The notes under the pieces are model-generated. The model was not told where the DNA came from and did no database searches. It worked only from the letters and a program-made list of their open reading frames with translations. The position numbers and the translations under genes are program-made. A stretch of 64,000 bases of DNA from the human T2T-CHM13v2.0 reference genome, Homo sapiens: assembly GCF_009914755.1 (NCBI RefSeq), contig NC_060933.1. The stretch is one strand, 5' to 3'. This document shows positions 1 through 13,312 of the stretch, piece after piece (the stretch's first letter is position 1; each line of letters opens with the position of its first letter).

Positions 1-163
1 CCACAGGCACATGCCACCACACCCGGCTAGTTTTTTTGTATTTTTAGTAGAGACGGGGTTTCACCGTGTTAGCCAGGATGGTCTTGATCTCCTGACCTCA
101 TGATCCGCCTGCCTTGGCCTCCCAAAGTGCTGGGATTACAGGCGTAAGCCACCGCACCCGGCC
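1..163 (-). mobile_element. Alu (AluY/Sc-like), cut by the window edge
   Basis: Left-arm consensus on the minus strand, with GTTAGCCAGGATGG diagnostic. Confidence 0.9.
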
Positions 164-734
164 TGAGTATTTATGTTTCTTAAAATATTAAAAGATCACA
201 TTAGTTTCTGCTATTATTATCATCACATTATGAGGATAAAATAAAATGGTGATTATTAGAATTCTTGGAAATTGTCAAATCTTATGTAAGTCAAATTTAG
301 AGATCAGAGGCAGAGGTATGATCTATATAGAGTTGGATTATCTGCTTTTCCTAGTATCTTACAGAGGAATATTACTCTCCCACATCTACTTTGAAAGCAA
401 TAGAAGATAGCAAAACTATGGAAAACAAAGAAATTATTTTCTGAAAAAACAAATCCTAGGACTGGTTGAGTTTTCTTCTGTCAAGCAAACACTTTTATTT
501 TCTTAATTATAAAATAAAAACAAGACACCCCTACTCACTTATCAAATTTGTTTTACAGGCTTCAGCAAAGGGACCTGAACAGGTGCAAAAACAGAGACCC
601 TGAGTAGGTAGAAGAGAGAGGCAGTGGTGCTGGTGACAAGGCTATATGGCCCTCTGAAAGCACCGATCTACAAAGAACTAGACCACATAGAGACTTGATC
701 ACTGGGGATTTTGACTAGAAACGGGAGAAAGCAT

Positions 735-950
735 TTAATAATTATTAAGCACATGAACTCTGGATTCAGACAGAGGGGTGTTTATCCTCAGATAAACCAC
801 AACTTCTAGCTGTGTAGCAATGGGATATTTACTGGTGAGCTAAGCCACTAATTATAATATGGAGACATAAGACAACCTACCTCCTGGTGGTGTTGTGAAG
901 ATATGAGATACAGAGTAAGTACTCAATATGCACTAGTTGACATTATTATA
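735..950 (+). mobile_element. MIR, degenerate
   Basis: gaactctggattcagacag...ctagctgtgt...gtaagtactcaatatg resembles the MIR core and tail. Confidence 0.55.
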
Positions 951-2032
951 AGGAAATAGAATTAAATCTGCATTGACCAGCATGATGAGGACATCACTCT
1001 TTTCTACTTGAAGTTGTTAAATATAAGAATAAAGAAAGGGATAAGAGAGAAAAGGGCAAGAAAGGAAGAAAGGAAGAGAGAGAATGCAGCAAGGATGGGT
1101 AAATAAAGAAGGGGAAATGGGATAAAAATGAGAAAGAACGAAGAGGCAAATAATGGAAAAGTTTGAAAAGAGCAATGGTAAAAGAAAACAGGGAAATAAT
1201 GATTTAAATTAATACTTATAGTTTCAGATTTCTATATATTTTTCCTTGGCCATTATAATAGAAGCAGGACAAAATAAAATATAACTGGGAATGAAATTGG
1301 ATACAAATTTTACAGGAAAATTCATGGGAAGCAGAAGAAAAAGGGAGAAAAGAGCCTTGGTGTTGGACCTATGAGAATTGATTGCAAGTGTAAAATATGA
1401 CTTCATCTAGTTCTTTTCAGGGCCTTCTTTTTTCATATCTCTATCACTATTTAAAAATATTTCTTAAATAATGTACAATGCAAGCCTTCTTAGTCAAATA
1501 TGCCTTGGCCTTTATACACTACTTTAAACAAAGTACACTTACATAATTAGGAACGGTGCTATAATACAAAGCAAAGGTATTACATTACACCAGGAAACTT
1601 CAGTTCTATAAAACAGAGGTTATATTTTAGCAAACTAGCAAATCTTTTTTTAATCCCTATTCATACACAATTCAGAATGATGTAATGCCAGGTTATACAT
1701 CAACTAAACTATTCTTTTAAGGCATCTCTGACCCAAATGCCTGTGGAATCTGTCTGGAGTTGATAGTATGCTGAAGAAATGAATAAACTCTGTGCTTGAT
1801 CTTCTATAGATTACCACAGTTCTCATACAAGAACCAAAAATAACTCAATATAAGATACTCACATTATGCTTAGAAAATGAATATTAGTAAATGATGCAAG
1901 CTCATTGAGTTAGGACTTAATGCAGTTTTCTTGTGAATTGAGGTATCCTTCATATAGTCGGAGATTTACAGATTTGGTAACCAAGAGACTTTTTTTTTTT
2001 TTTTTTTTTTTAGAGACAAGGGCATTTTTTTC

Positions 2033-2318
2033 AGAGACAAGGACTTGCTATGTTGCCTATGCTGAAGTGTCCTGCTATTCACAGGAGGCGTGATCCCACT
2101 ACTTAGCACAGGAGGTTCGACCTCTTCCATTTCCCACCTGGTCCAGTGTACTGCCCTTTGGGCAACCTGGTGGTTTTCTGCTCCTAGAAGGTCACATTAT
2201 TGATGCCAAACTTAGTGCAGACACCAGATCAGCATAGCATACTACAGCTCAGAACTCCTGGACTCAAACAATCCTCCTACCTCAGCCTCCCCAGTAGTTT
2301 GGACTATAGGCAGACACC
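2033..2318 (-). pseudogene. 7SL (SRP RNA) retropseudogene, near full length, with polyA tail (T-run 1990-2011)
   Basis: The reverse complement contains 7SL S-domain sequence absent from Alu (GCACTAAGTTTGGCATCAATAATGTGACC, ACCACCAGGTTGCC, AGTAGTGGGATCAC, CCTGTGAATAGC) flanked by Alu-domain ends; many substitutions. Confidence 0.9.
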
Positions 2319-4372
2319 TGCCTTTGCAAACTTTCAATCTGTAAGATGTGTACATTTAAGGTTGGCCACAGACAAAATTGTATAGTACCGGCAGTTGTAT
2401 TCCATGGCTCATTACATCTCAAGCTCCTCTCCTACTCACACACCCAGACATACATACACAAGAACTCTATCTCCTTCTACACAGGACTCCCAATCAAGTC
2501 CCTACTCTATAGTTTTGGTTTTGGCCCTTCCCATGATACTATCTTCTATCTCATTCTCCCTCCAGCCAGTGATTTGCTAACTAAGATGGCATGACACAAA
2601 CCAGGCAAAGAGTTCCTGAATATTCATGAATTGAATTTCTTTCTAGTTACCATATTTGCAATTGAAGGGGAAAGTTAACAAAAACAAAGTGCAATGGTAA
2701 TACTGTGGGGGAGATAATATTGCTAGATTATTTATTAAAAATACAGAGTTTTCATTATTTAATAAAAGTAACATGTACTCTACTTTTGATTATTTTAGTC
2801 CACATAGTTATACTATGCATTTGGCAATCATCTTGCACAATTCCTAGAGTTACCCTTTGTTCTCTATTTAAGTTATTCCGAAATCAAATAATGTGCCAGA
2901 ACAGGTAGCTCAATTAACTATGGGAGAGATATAAAGCAGATTTGTCTTGAAGTACCCAGAGAATGACCATATTATGGGTACTTTATAGAGTTAGGTATTT
3001 TATATTTAGTATACATTTAATATTAACAAAGGGTATATAGAAAACTCTTTATAATTATAATACAGAGTTGTTGGGTAATGATATTTTTACTTGTTAAACA
3101 CTCAGGATTCCCCTTCAAAAATACACTAGTTAATTTACTTCTTCAAGGTTAGAAAAAAAAACCACACCTGTTAAAAAGTCACATATAAGCATTAAACAAT
3201 AAAGACTTTCCTTTATCGCAAAGGAGTTATAACAATCTATTTACAAATAATACACATTTGTCTTTTCAGCATTCTATTATTCTCCTAAATCATCTCTAGC
3301 ACAAAACCAAAACTTAAAGAGAGACAGATGTGTGTTTCTGCTCCAATTTATACACAGCTGTCAAATGAGATGGGTTACCATTGTAACAGAGTGATCATTT
3401 CTGTATGCATAAAACTGACAGATGTTTACCTCTATCAGAAAGTCTCTCTCTCTCTCTTTCTCTCTCTCTCTGTCTGCCCCCCACCGTCTCTTCCCCACTC
3501 CCTCCCCTTTTATTCCCTCCCTCTCTCTTTTTGAGACCATATCTTTTGCTACAGCACCTTAGATACTTATTGCCATATCTTCTGAACTGACCCTTTAAGA
3601 TCCAGTCTTGACTCATAAACTCAAAACAAATATGAAGTGCTTTCTACTAGAGCATAATGAAATTTAAATAGAACTTAGCATGTTCTTAAAACAAGCTTTG
3701 AAGTATTTGAACAACCAAAGCCAAAGTTTATTATAGAATTGAGGGTCAGCCACTGCAAAATCAGCTACAGCACATGGTTGAGTATAGGAAAATCACCAAA
3801 GACAGAAGGAGTTGAGCAATTGCACTTTCAGCTGCCTTTTGTCTTCCGGAATGGCAGGGTGTCTGGGACTCCAGCCCTCCCCTGTGAATTTGCCAAGCCC
3901 TTGGCATTTGCCACATGAGACTGACAAGGAGCAGTCTCTGTGATCAAAAGGTCATAAACCCCTCTTTCCAGCTGCTTTTTGCACAAACTTTCATACAGCA
4001 CCCTTTCATGCATGTGTTGCCTTCCCATCTTCACCTTTATTTTGGAGCCATGACCTTGTGAACCAAAGAATGAATTCCCACATCTTTTCAGTCTGGGCTC
4101 CACCAAATGGCAGAATCAGTCTCAAATATAGGTCCTGTTTTAGAGGAAGGTGTGATAGTTCATAAAAAATCAGAGACGGAGAATGGGAATAGCCTTCTAG
4201 AACATACTAATGTCCTCTAATGAGTAATTGTAAATGAATTTTCCAAGAAAACATGTATCTCCTTTTTTCTTTTTTTCCTTTTTTTCATCTATCTTTGACC
4301 TCTACCACACTTGGAATATGAGTTATCCAAAATCATCATCAGTAGTAACACGATTTTGTCCTCTCAACAATG

Positions 4373-5252
<880 letters not shown>

Positions 5253-5346
5253 TCTATGTTCAGAAGTAGAACTCTTAATAGTTTTGAAAGAGGACTAATG
5301 CCGATTTGTGGGTAATAGAAAAAATGTGGGTTTACAAATAAAATAT

Positions 5347-5485
5347 ATTTATTTTATTTTATTTTGTAGAGATGAGGGTTCTCACTATGTTGCCTAGGCT
5401 GGTCTCAAACTCGTGGGCTCAAATGATTCTTCGGCCTCAGCCTCCCAAAATGCTGGGATTACAGGTGTGAGCCAGCATGCCCAGC
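5347..5485 (-). mobile_element. Alu monomer (FLAM_C-like)
   Basis: Single left-monomer with tail; aataaaatata on both flanks. Confidence 0.8.
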
Positions 5486-6895
5486 AAAGAATAAAATATA
5501 ATTTAGAACAAATCTCAGCTTTCTCACTTGACACCAGTGGAAGATTGTATGAGTGATTTCACCTCTTGGAACTTCAGAGGCATCTTATTAGAGAGTTTCA
5601 TCACATTCATTTTCCTGGGTTCTTATGAGAATTAAGCAGTACAAAATAGTGCTCAATACAACCTTTCATAAAATTGTGCTCAATACATAGCAGCTTCCCT
5701 TGTAGCCAGTACTTTTTCAGTTTCTCCCACATTATTTTATCATAGTGATTTATGCTACTCTGATGTGAAAGTGTTTTCTGATTATAAAAAAGGCCCCTGT
5801 TGATTTATCAAGTGAATATGACCAGTAACTATCTTTCTTAATATTTTCAGGACCTAATTACAGTATTTATCTTTTATATAAGATGCATATACTCAATATG
5901 TCTCATGATCACAAAGTATTCTCATTGAATCATGCATACTTCTGAAAGAAAATCACATACATACACACACGCAGAGAACGAGGCTAGTTAATAGCTTAAG
6001 AAGGCTAATTTTCAAATGTAGAGTAATGCTCTTAAGCTGTAAGACTAGGATCTACAGTTCTAATATGGAGGGTTCTTGAGTTTTAACTACCAAATAATGT
6101 CAGCTAATTCATGTATGTCTTTGCATAGAATTTTTGTGTTCTTTTTAAAATGGAAAAATGCATAAAAATTTTTATTCCTCGTTCTCTTTCTTCCAGGCCT
6201 TCTGAAAAGAAGTTCTACTCATCCTTCCAAGCCTATAGAACCAAGGATAAGGAGAAGCTAGGAGCCTAAAATATAGAAAAGAAATGATATATTCACAAGA
6301 CGCTGTCAGAAAAGCATACTGATCACAAAATCATGACATTCGAGAGGGAATTTTATAGCATGTGCCGAATCCTGAGGTCAAAACCATAGTGGAATAACAT
6401 AGCTCCCTCTAAACCTCTTAGACACCATCCTCTGTGTGAGTAGTCCTCACTGCTTTTTTTCTACATTCAATAGGGTTACAGTTTCAATTGCATAGCCTCT
6501 GTGTTACATTTACGATAACAATACTTCAAAAAAATCTGTTACATCCTTTTGAAATCAAAGTTCAGAGGATTGCTTCTAAGCTAGGACATAGAAATGGAGT
6601 ATTTCTTTAGGACTTTTTATCTTTATTTTACTGATTATACTATAATTGTGGGGGCCATCTCAAATACAATTTTAAACATCATCAATGTATTTGGTGAAAG
6701 ATATCAAAGGTGGGTTGTAAGAATTATGTCTATGATTATGCCACTGGATGGCAAAATACGGATGTATCTGTCATTAGTTTTCTAGCCCATAAAATCACAC
6801 TTTTTAAAAAAGGCTAACAGCGGTTATTACCTAATTTATAAGTAATCGTATGGAGTGATGTAAAGTAGCTGTCGTTTTTAATACTTTTTTTGTGA

Positions 6896-7300
<405 letters not shown>

Positions 7301-7387
7301 TGAAACAAAAAGAAGATTCCAGTTATCTCATATTATTCACAGCCTCATGTCTAAACTACACCTCCAAGACCCCACATCACTCTATAG

Positions 7388-7796
7388 TGTTATGATTTGA
7401 AGTCTGTCTCCCACAAAAGATATCCTGAAATCCTGACCCTATGGTACCTCAGAATGTAACCTTATATGGGGAATGGGGTTGTTGCAGTTATAATTTGCTA
7501 AATTAATTCAATATGGTGGGTGTGCGTGTAAGAAGACAGAAATTTAGACACAGACACAGAGGTAAAATAGCCATGTAAAGACAGAGGCAGCGATTGGAGA
7601 TATGCGAGCACAAGCCAAGGAATGCTGGGCCTCCCAGAAGCTGGAAGAGGCAAGGAGGAATCCTTCCCTAGAGGCTTTGGAGGGAGCATGGACCTGCCCA
7701 CATCTTGATTTTGGACTTCTAACCTACAGAACTATAAGACACTAAATTGCTGTTGCATGGTACTTTGTTATGGCAACCCTAGGAAACTAACATACA
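7388..7796 (+). mobile_element. MaLR solo LTR (MLT1B/C-like)
   Basis: TG...CA ends; ccagaagctggaagaggcaagga, ttttggacttct...cagaact, ctaggaaactaacataca. Confidence 0.82.
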
Positions 7797-7966
7797 CGTT
7801 TCACAAGTTCACTATTCTTCCTGCTTTCTGACCTTGGGACTCATATTCCTAATTATGGCTTTGCCTAACCCTTAGACTTAAAACTGCACTACGTTTTCTG
7901 GCTTTGTGTTTTTATTTTCTTTCTTAACTATAATTAATGATCGCCCTCCAATGATTTTATGAAACA

Positions 7967-8402
7967 CAGGTGTCCTGGTGCCAACCAATCCCAGTTTGCA
8001 GGAGACAATTGTTAAATTTTTGAGAATTTTGCAAGCTGGTTGCTAAACACAGCCATTTTTTTAAAAAAATTACATTGTATAAGTTTTAATATAGGAAAAC
8101 AAAAACAAAGGTAATAAATGATTAAAACTCATCACTTCCTAATTCCTTAAATACATTTTACTACTCTCTGTGCTTACTACTCTTGATGCTTTTAAGGTTA
8201 TTTACATGTGTTTTACCTGTATAGTGGAAACATTATGTAATGATGAACTAATTCCCATCCTTTCCCAACTCACATCTCACATTGGTAGCTTGATATCAGC
8301 CATAATGAGAGTATTTACACCATGAATGTTGCTAAAAGCTACAAATCAGTTAATTTTATATTTTCAGAGAGTTGGTTATAAACATAAACCAGCACAGCAT
8401 TG
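7967..8402 (+). mobile_element. MER63-like hAT DNA transposon (short form)
   Basis: gttaaatttttgagaattttgcaagctggttgctaaacacagccatt, aaaggtaataaat...ctcatcacttcctaatt, terminal ccagcacagcattg. Confidence 0.7.
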
Positions 8403-10127
8403 AAATGCTATAAAGTCCATTCTATAGGCCAAATTGGGATGGCTGTAGAGGAACAGAAAAAAGTTAGCTGGAGAGATCTCTTTTCTTGGCCCTGCATTTT
8501 ACCTTTCAGCAGGAAGTTAGAGCTCAGGATAGCAAGAAAAAGCAAATAAAGGATGCTATTACAAATAATGAAGGCAGAGAGATTTGACCGGGATTGTGAA
8601 GAGGGGATAAGGAAGACTTAGATCCTGGTGACCTACTTTTAGTATTGTCTGCTAAATCCTCAGGGAAGTGTTTAGCTCTGATTATAAATATTAATTAGAT
8701 TTCAATCAGAGACTATTTAAAGGGTCTGTACACCTTAGAGAGAGACATTTCAGATAGATTGATTGTTAGAAATATATAGAGATATAGTAATATATATAGC
8801 ATTTTCATGTACAAGTGGTTCAAGTTGGTAATAAGTAGATGATTTCACATAGTAAAACAGACCCAAGCCAGCTACAAAATTATAGGTAAATTAAATGACT
8901 CTATAAATAAGCATGATAAAACCTTAGTAACTTTAGCAGATATATAATTCCACTGTATATGGATAGGGTCAACATTCTTTAGCTTTGCTATAACATCTTC
9001 CTTGTTATGCATATAAACTGAACAAAAATATTTGTAGAAGCAGCAGCTCTACACATTTAAAAACAAACAATGAAAGAACCTGATACTTATTAAATAGTGA
9101 CTTCCTAAAATTCTTAGGCATAATTTGAGGCTGTTGGCTGCTTGATATTATTCTGCACTGTGGGGAGTGGAGTCTCAGGTAAGAGACCCTGTCCTAGCCC
9201 TTGAGCTCTGTGACAGCAAGAGTTGGGAATGCTGCAAACTTGCAATCAGTGCCAGAAAGAAGGTGGAAGGTGTTTCTTCTTTTAACCACAATGCCAGCAA
9301 CAGATTAAGGAGTGGTGTTACCCACACTACATGAAGCGTTGTTGAGTCTACTCTTGCTGTGAGTATTGTGTCTCAAATCAGGAAATGTTCTAAGTGTGGA
9401 ATGTGTGAAGCGTGCATCACATCAGTCTGTTGTGACTGAGGCATTCTTTCAAAACCTGTCATCTGAGTCCAACAATGTTCCTATTTAATTAGCCACTAGT
9501 TTTTCTTTCTTTTTAATGATAAATAAGAGGCTCCCTTTCCTTCTCCGTGTACACAACATAGCTAGGGAAGAAACTCAGTCTCTTAAAGTCCTGCATAGTT
9601 TAACATTCATTCTTAGATTCTTTATGCATTTTGAATAGAAAAAAAAGGCAAATCCAGCTCATACATATGGTGGTCTTAAAAGGAAGCATATAATGAAGTA
9701 TAAAAAATTACATCACAAATAAAAACAATACAATAACCATTTTTACAATTTTACTCTGCAATGTATTATTAGACCTGGAGAAACACTGTGAGTTTAGGTG
9801 GTTGTTGGCATGGCAAATGCTACTAATCAAAGAAACAGAGGTAGTTGGAGATGGACCAGAAAAGTAGGAGCAATGAGGGAGTGCTACTAAGAGTGATATG
9901 ACTCAAGAATTTTTCCCTCTGTCTTTCTTAGTTCTCCCTATGTTCCCTCTCCCAGTTGTTGCTGAATTCACTGCTACCCCCAACCCCCATCCTGGACTCA
10001 TTACTGCAAAGTCTTCTCAACTGATTCCCCAACTCAAGATGTAATTAGCTTCTCAGGCTAAGAGCAATTGGTAAAACATCTCACACATTTTTGTCCTTGT
10101 TGTTTGTGGGCATTTTTGTATGTTTAT

Positions 10128-10360
10128 TGTTTTTATTTTTGTTTTTGTTTTTTGAGGCAGTTTCTCACTCTGTCTCAAAGACTAAAGGGCAGTGGCTTGA
10201 TAATAGCTTACTGCAACCCCGAACCCCTGGACTCAAGCAATCTTCTGGCCTCACTCCCTCACCCCTAACCCCTTAGCTAAGACTACAAGTGCATGCCACC
10301 ATGCTTGGCTAATTTTTAAATTTTTTGAAGAGGTGGGGTCTCGCTATATTGCCCAGGCTG
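10128..10360 (-). mobile_element. AluJ-like, partial and degenerate
   Basis: Right arm plus part of the left arm on the minus strand. Confidence 0.78.
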
Positions 10361-12179
10361 ACTCAGTTTCTTGAGAATCTTGAAAACAAACAAACAAAAC
10401 ACATGCTCAAGAACCAAAGTAAAAAAAAAAAGTTTTCAAATAGTTTGAGTAAGAAATGTCCTCAGATTAAACCACATAAAGCAGTTATGGTAGCATTAAC
10501 AACAATCTATTATAGATCCATAAACATTCAATGATTTTACTATATTCTGAAAACTAGCTAAAGCATCATTCAAAATGTCTTCATTTTAAACTAAAATGTC
10601 AATAGGCATTTAACCGAAAAAAAATTTAAAGCTTGACATACTAAGCTTTCCTTCAAAAGTTTACATTTTTTTATATTTCACTGGAACAAAGTTACTTTGC
10701 ATATACATCACACTTTTACTCTCAGAGGAGTTTCTCCTGCAGACTTCTTTAAAAAACTATATACATATATACATACATATACGTATATATTAAATTATCC
10801 TCAGCCTCAAATACTGATTTTGCAGTCTGTGATTCATAGCAGAAGAGGTGTCCCATTTTTCTATATTGACACACGATAATTTGACATTTGTTTTTTACTG
10901 ACCAATTTCTAGCTAGATATTTCATCTATAAACTGCACTTAGCCAGCCTTATGCTGAACTTTGTAAGGGTTTTGTAATAATAAACTGTTCTTGACTGAAA
11001 CACAAGCCTTTCATAATTACATGCCACAGTGCAATTCTTATGCAACGAGCTTGTGTTTTTCCAAATTTAGGACCAAGCATGTAGTTTTATCAGTTAGCTG
11101 GGATTTGGTCTTGTTTTCCCTTGATTCTGTAAGTGGTAGTTCTAACTTTGAAATGGGTCATCTAACTTATAACTATTTTCTTCATTTCTTTTTAAAAGGG
11201 AGAAATAGCATGCAAATTTCTGGCATGTTGATAGAAAGTTCAGCATTTTTTCCCTGACATGAAATATTTCATTTAGAATGCGTATGTTTCCTCTATGTAT
11301 AAGGTTTCCTAGAGTCAGATATGATAAAAACAAACTCTGAGATGTATATACCTATGTTCCTACAAGTGTAAAACCTGAATGATGTCTCTGGAAATGGAGC
11401 CTCGGAGTGACCAGGAACACAAATACTTATATGTCACAGAAATAGAGGGGCACATACTTTGAAATATTTCAATGGAAATCAAAAATTGTAGTTTACTGGA
11501 TTGAAATTAGTATCCTCTACTTAAACATTTTTGACACAAACTCAATGCTGATTCAGATCTGTAATCCATGTAGCTCATAATAACTTACTTGGTAGAAGTA
11601 TTTCAGATTAATGAATTGTACAATTGTACAAATTAATAAATTGTACAATTGTTCAACTATACAATTAATTGTACAATTTGTATAGTTGAAAAAATCTATA
11701 AATTAATTTATAGATAAATTATCAAAGAAGACAACATTTTAAATAGTTATTCCCAATATTTTTTCTTCCATAATTAAAATAAAAGTAAGTATCTCAGCAA
11801 TTGCTTGTTCTTAAAATTTCACTGCTATCTCAGCAGTCATGTAAGTTATTCTGGCTATTTAATTTTTCACTTTTGTTTGCATACTGTAACAGTTGGTAGG
11901 ATAATTAATTTTGATTGTACATTTCCATTGAACTTTTGATGAAATTGTTTCACTCTTTTTATTAGAAAAAAATTATTAGGAAAGTCTTCTAAAGAGAGGT
12001 TTTCTGTTTGTTTTTCCTTTGAGGAAGGTAGAGAGATGGGAAACGAAGACACCAAATATAAAGTCATTCCTCTATCTCTCATTTTAAAACCTGTTTTAAA
12101 GGTTGTAGCTAGTCAGGAAAACTGAAAAATCAACTGGTATTCCTAACTAAAGCAGGGCTTTGAAACTCTGCTACTAGCG

Positions 12180-12991
12180 ACAGGGTTGGGAAAATTCCGG
12201 TTGCTCTTCTTGTCTGTGATATACGGTAGAAGGGTTGGTCCTGGTTTGGTCCACCTGCCAGCGGAGTTTAAAGTTTCCGAGGCTCAGAGGAACACAATGA
12301 CTTGGATCAAACAGCCTAAATGGGAAGAAGGACATTTTTGCTGCATCAAGGAAGCCGTTAAACTCCTGCTAAGCTAACTAGCTCTTTTTTATGGGTCCAT
12401 GCACACGACCGAACTCCTCTTTCACTGACCAGAGATTATTTCTGACAACCCAGGATATCCCGAAAGCTTGGAGGCATATGGCTGGAAAATGAAACGACCC
12501 AGGACATCGTTTCTGGCTGCATCATTATTTTGTGTCGCGTAGTACCAGATGGGCAGTCAGTGAGCGGCGCAGGGATGTGAACGGACGGTTTTATAATGTG
12601 AAAATTTTCCCTTGGTAAAGCTAAAACAGATTTAATTTCCCTCTCTTTTCTTTCACTACTTCCCCCTCTTTATTCCCCCTCTGTCTGCAATATCAGTGAA
12701 CTCAACTTTGCAGTGAGGTGGCCAAAAAGAGAGAGAATGAGGAGATCTTGATCATCTTAGTGTCAGAGGAGTCGCAGCGGACTGGGAACTGCAGCTGCGA
12801 CCCCCCGCGTCCTGTGCGGATTTCAGGGCTGATACCGCATAGGCGGTTATGGAAAGGACGGTACACCGGAGCGGCGGAGGATAGAGACCCTGGCCCCCGG
12901 AGAGGTCTGCTGATTTCGCAGCAGCCTTCGAAGCCGTGGCTGCCTTTCATCTGCTGCGTTTTATTACTATTATCGCCGTTCCGGAAAAGTC
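12180..12991 (+). promoter_or_regulatory. Probable LURAP1L proximal promoter and long 5'UTR
   Basis: Unique, CpG-retaining sequence upstream of the ATG with a TATA-like TTTAAA at about 12267-12272. The TSS cannot be fixed from sequence alone. Confidence 0.55.
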
Positions 12992-13132
12992 ATGGAAGAC
13001 AGCCCGCTGCCAGACCTCAGAGACATCGAGCTGAAGCTGGGGCGCAAAGTACCCGAGAGTCTAGTGCGCTCTCTCCGTGGGGAGGAGCCGGTTCCCAGGG
13101 AAAGGGACAGGGACCCCTGCGGGGGGAGCGGT

Positions 13133-13165
<33 letters not shown>

Positions 13166-13312
13166 TGCAGTAGCGGCAGCAGCTACTGCAGCTTCCCTCC
13201 CTCCTTGTCGTCCTCCTCTTCGTCCTCCCCAACCTCTGGCTCCCCACGAGGTAGCCACTCTAGCGCCCTGGAGAGGCTAGAAACCAAGCTTCACCTCCTC
13301 AGGCAAGAGATG
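12992..13312 (+). CDS. LURAP1L: LURAP1L coding exon 1 (aa 1-107: MEDSPLPDLRDIELKLGRKVPESL..., poly-Gly, poly-Ser, start of the LURAP leucine-repeat region ...LHLLRQEM)
   Basis: ATG in strong Kozak context (gtcATGg) inside a CpG island. The translation matches the LURAP1L N-terminus as I recall it. Ends at a consensus donor ATG|GTGAGT (GT at 13313); 321 nt, phase 0. Confidence 0.97.
13130..13165 (+). repeat. Coding trinucleotide repeat (GGT)3(GGC)9 = Gly47-Gly58
   Basis: Read directly from the sequence. Confidence 0.97.

Noticed and set aside
1030-1200. Purine-rich GA tract (and CT tract 3443-3530) as a triplex/H-DNA element
   Set aside because: Low-complexity sequence with no clear long mirror symmetry; common in human DNA.
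3828-4106. 92-aa minus-strand ORF as a possible processed pseudogene
   Set aside because: Non-ATG start, no protein family that I recognise, and no polyA tail or TSD.
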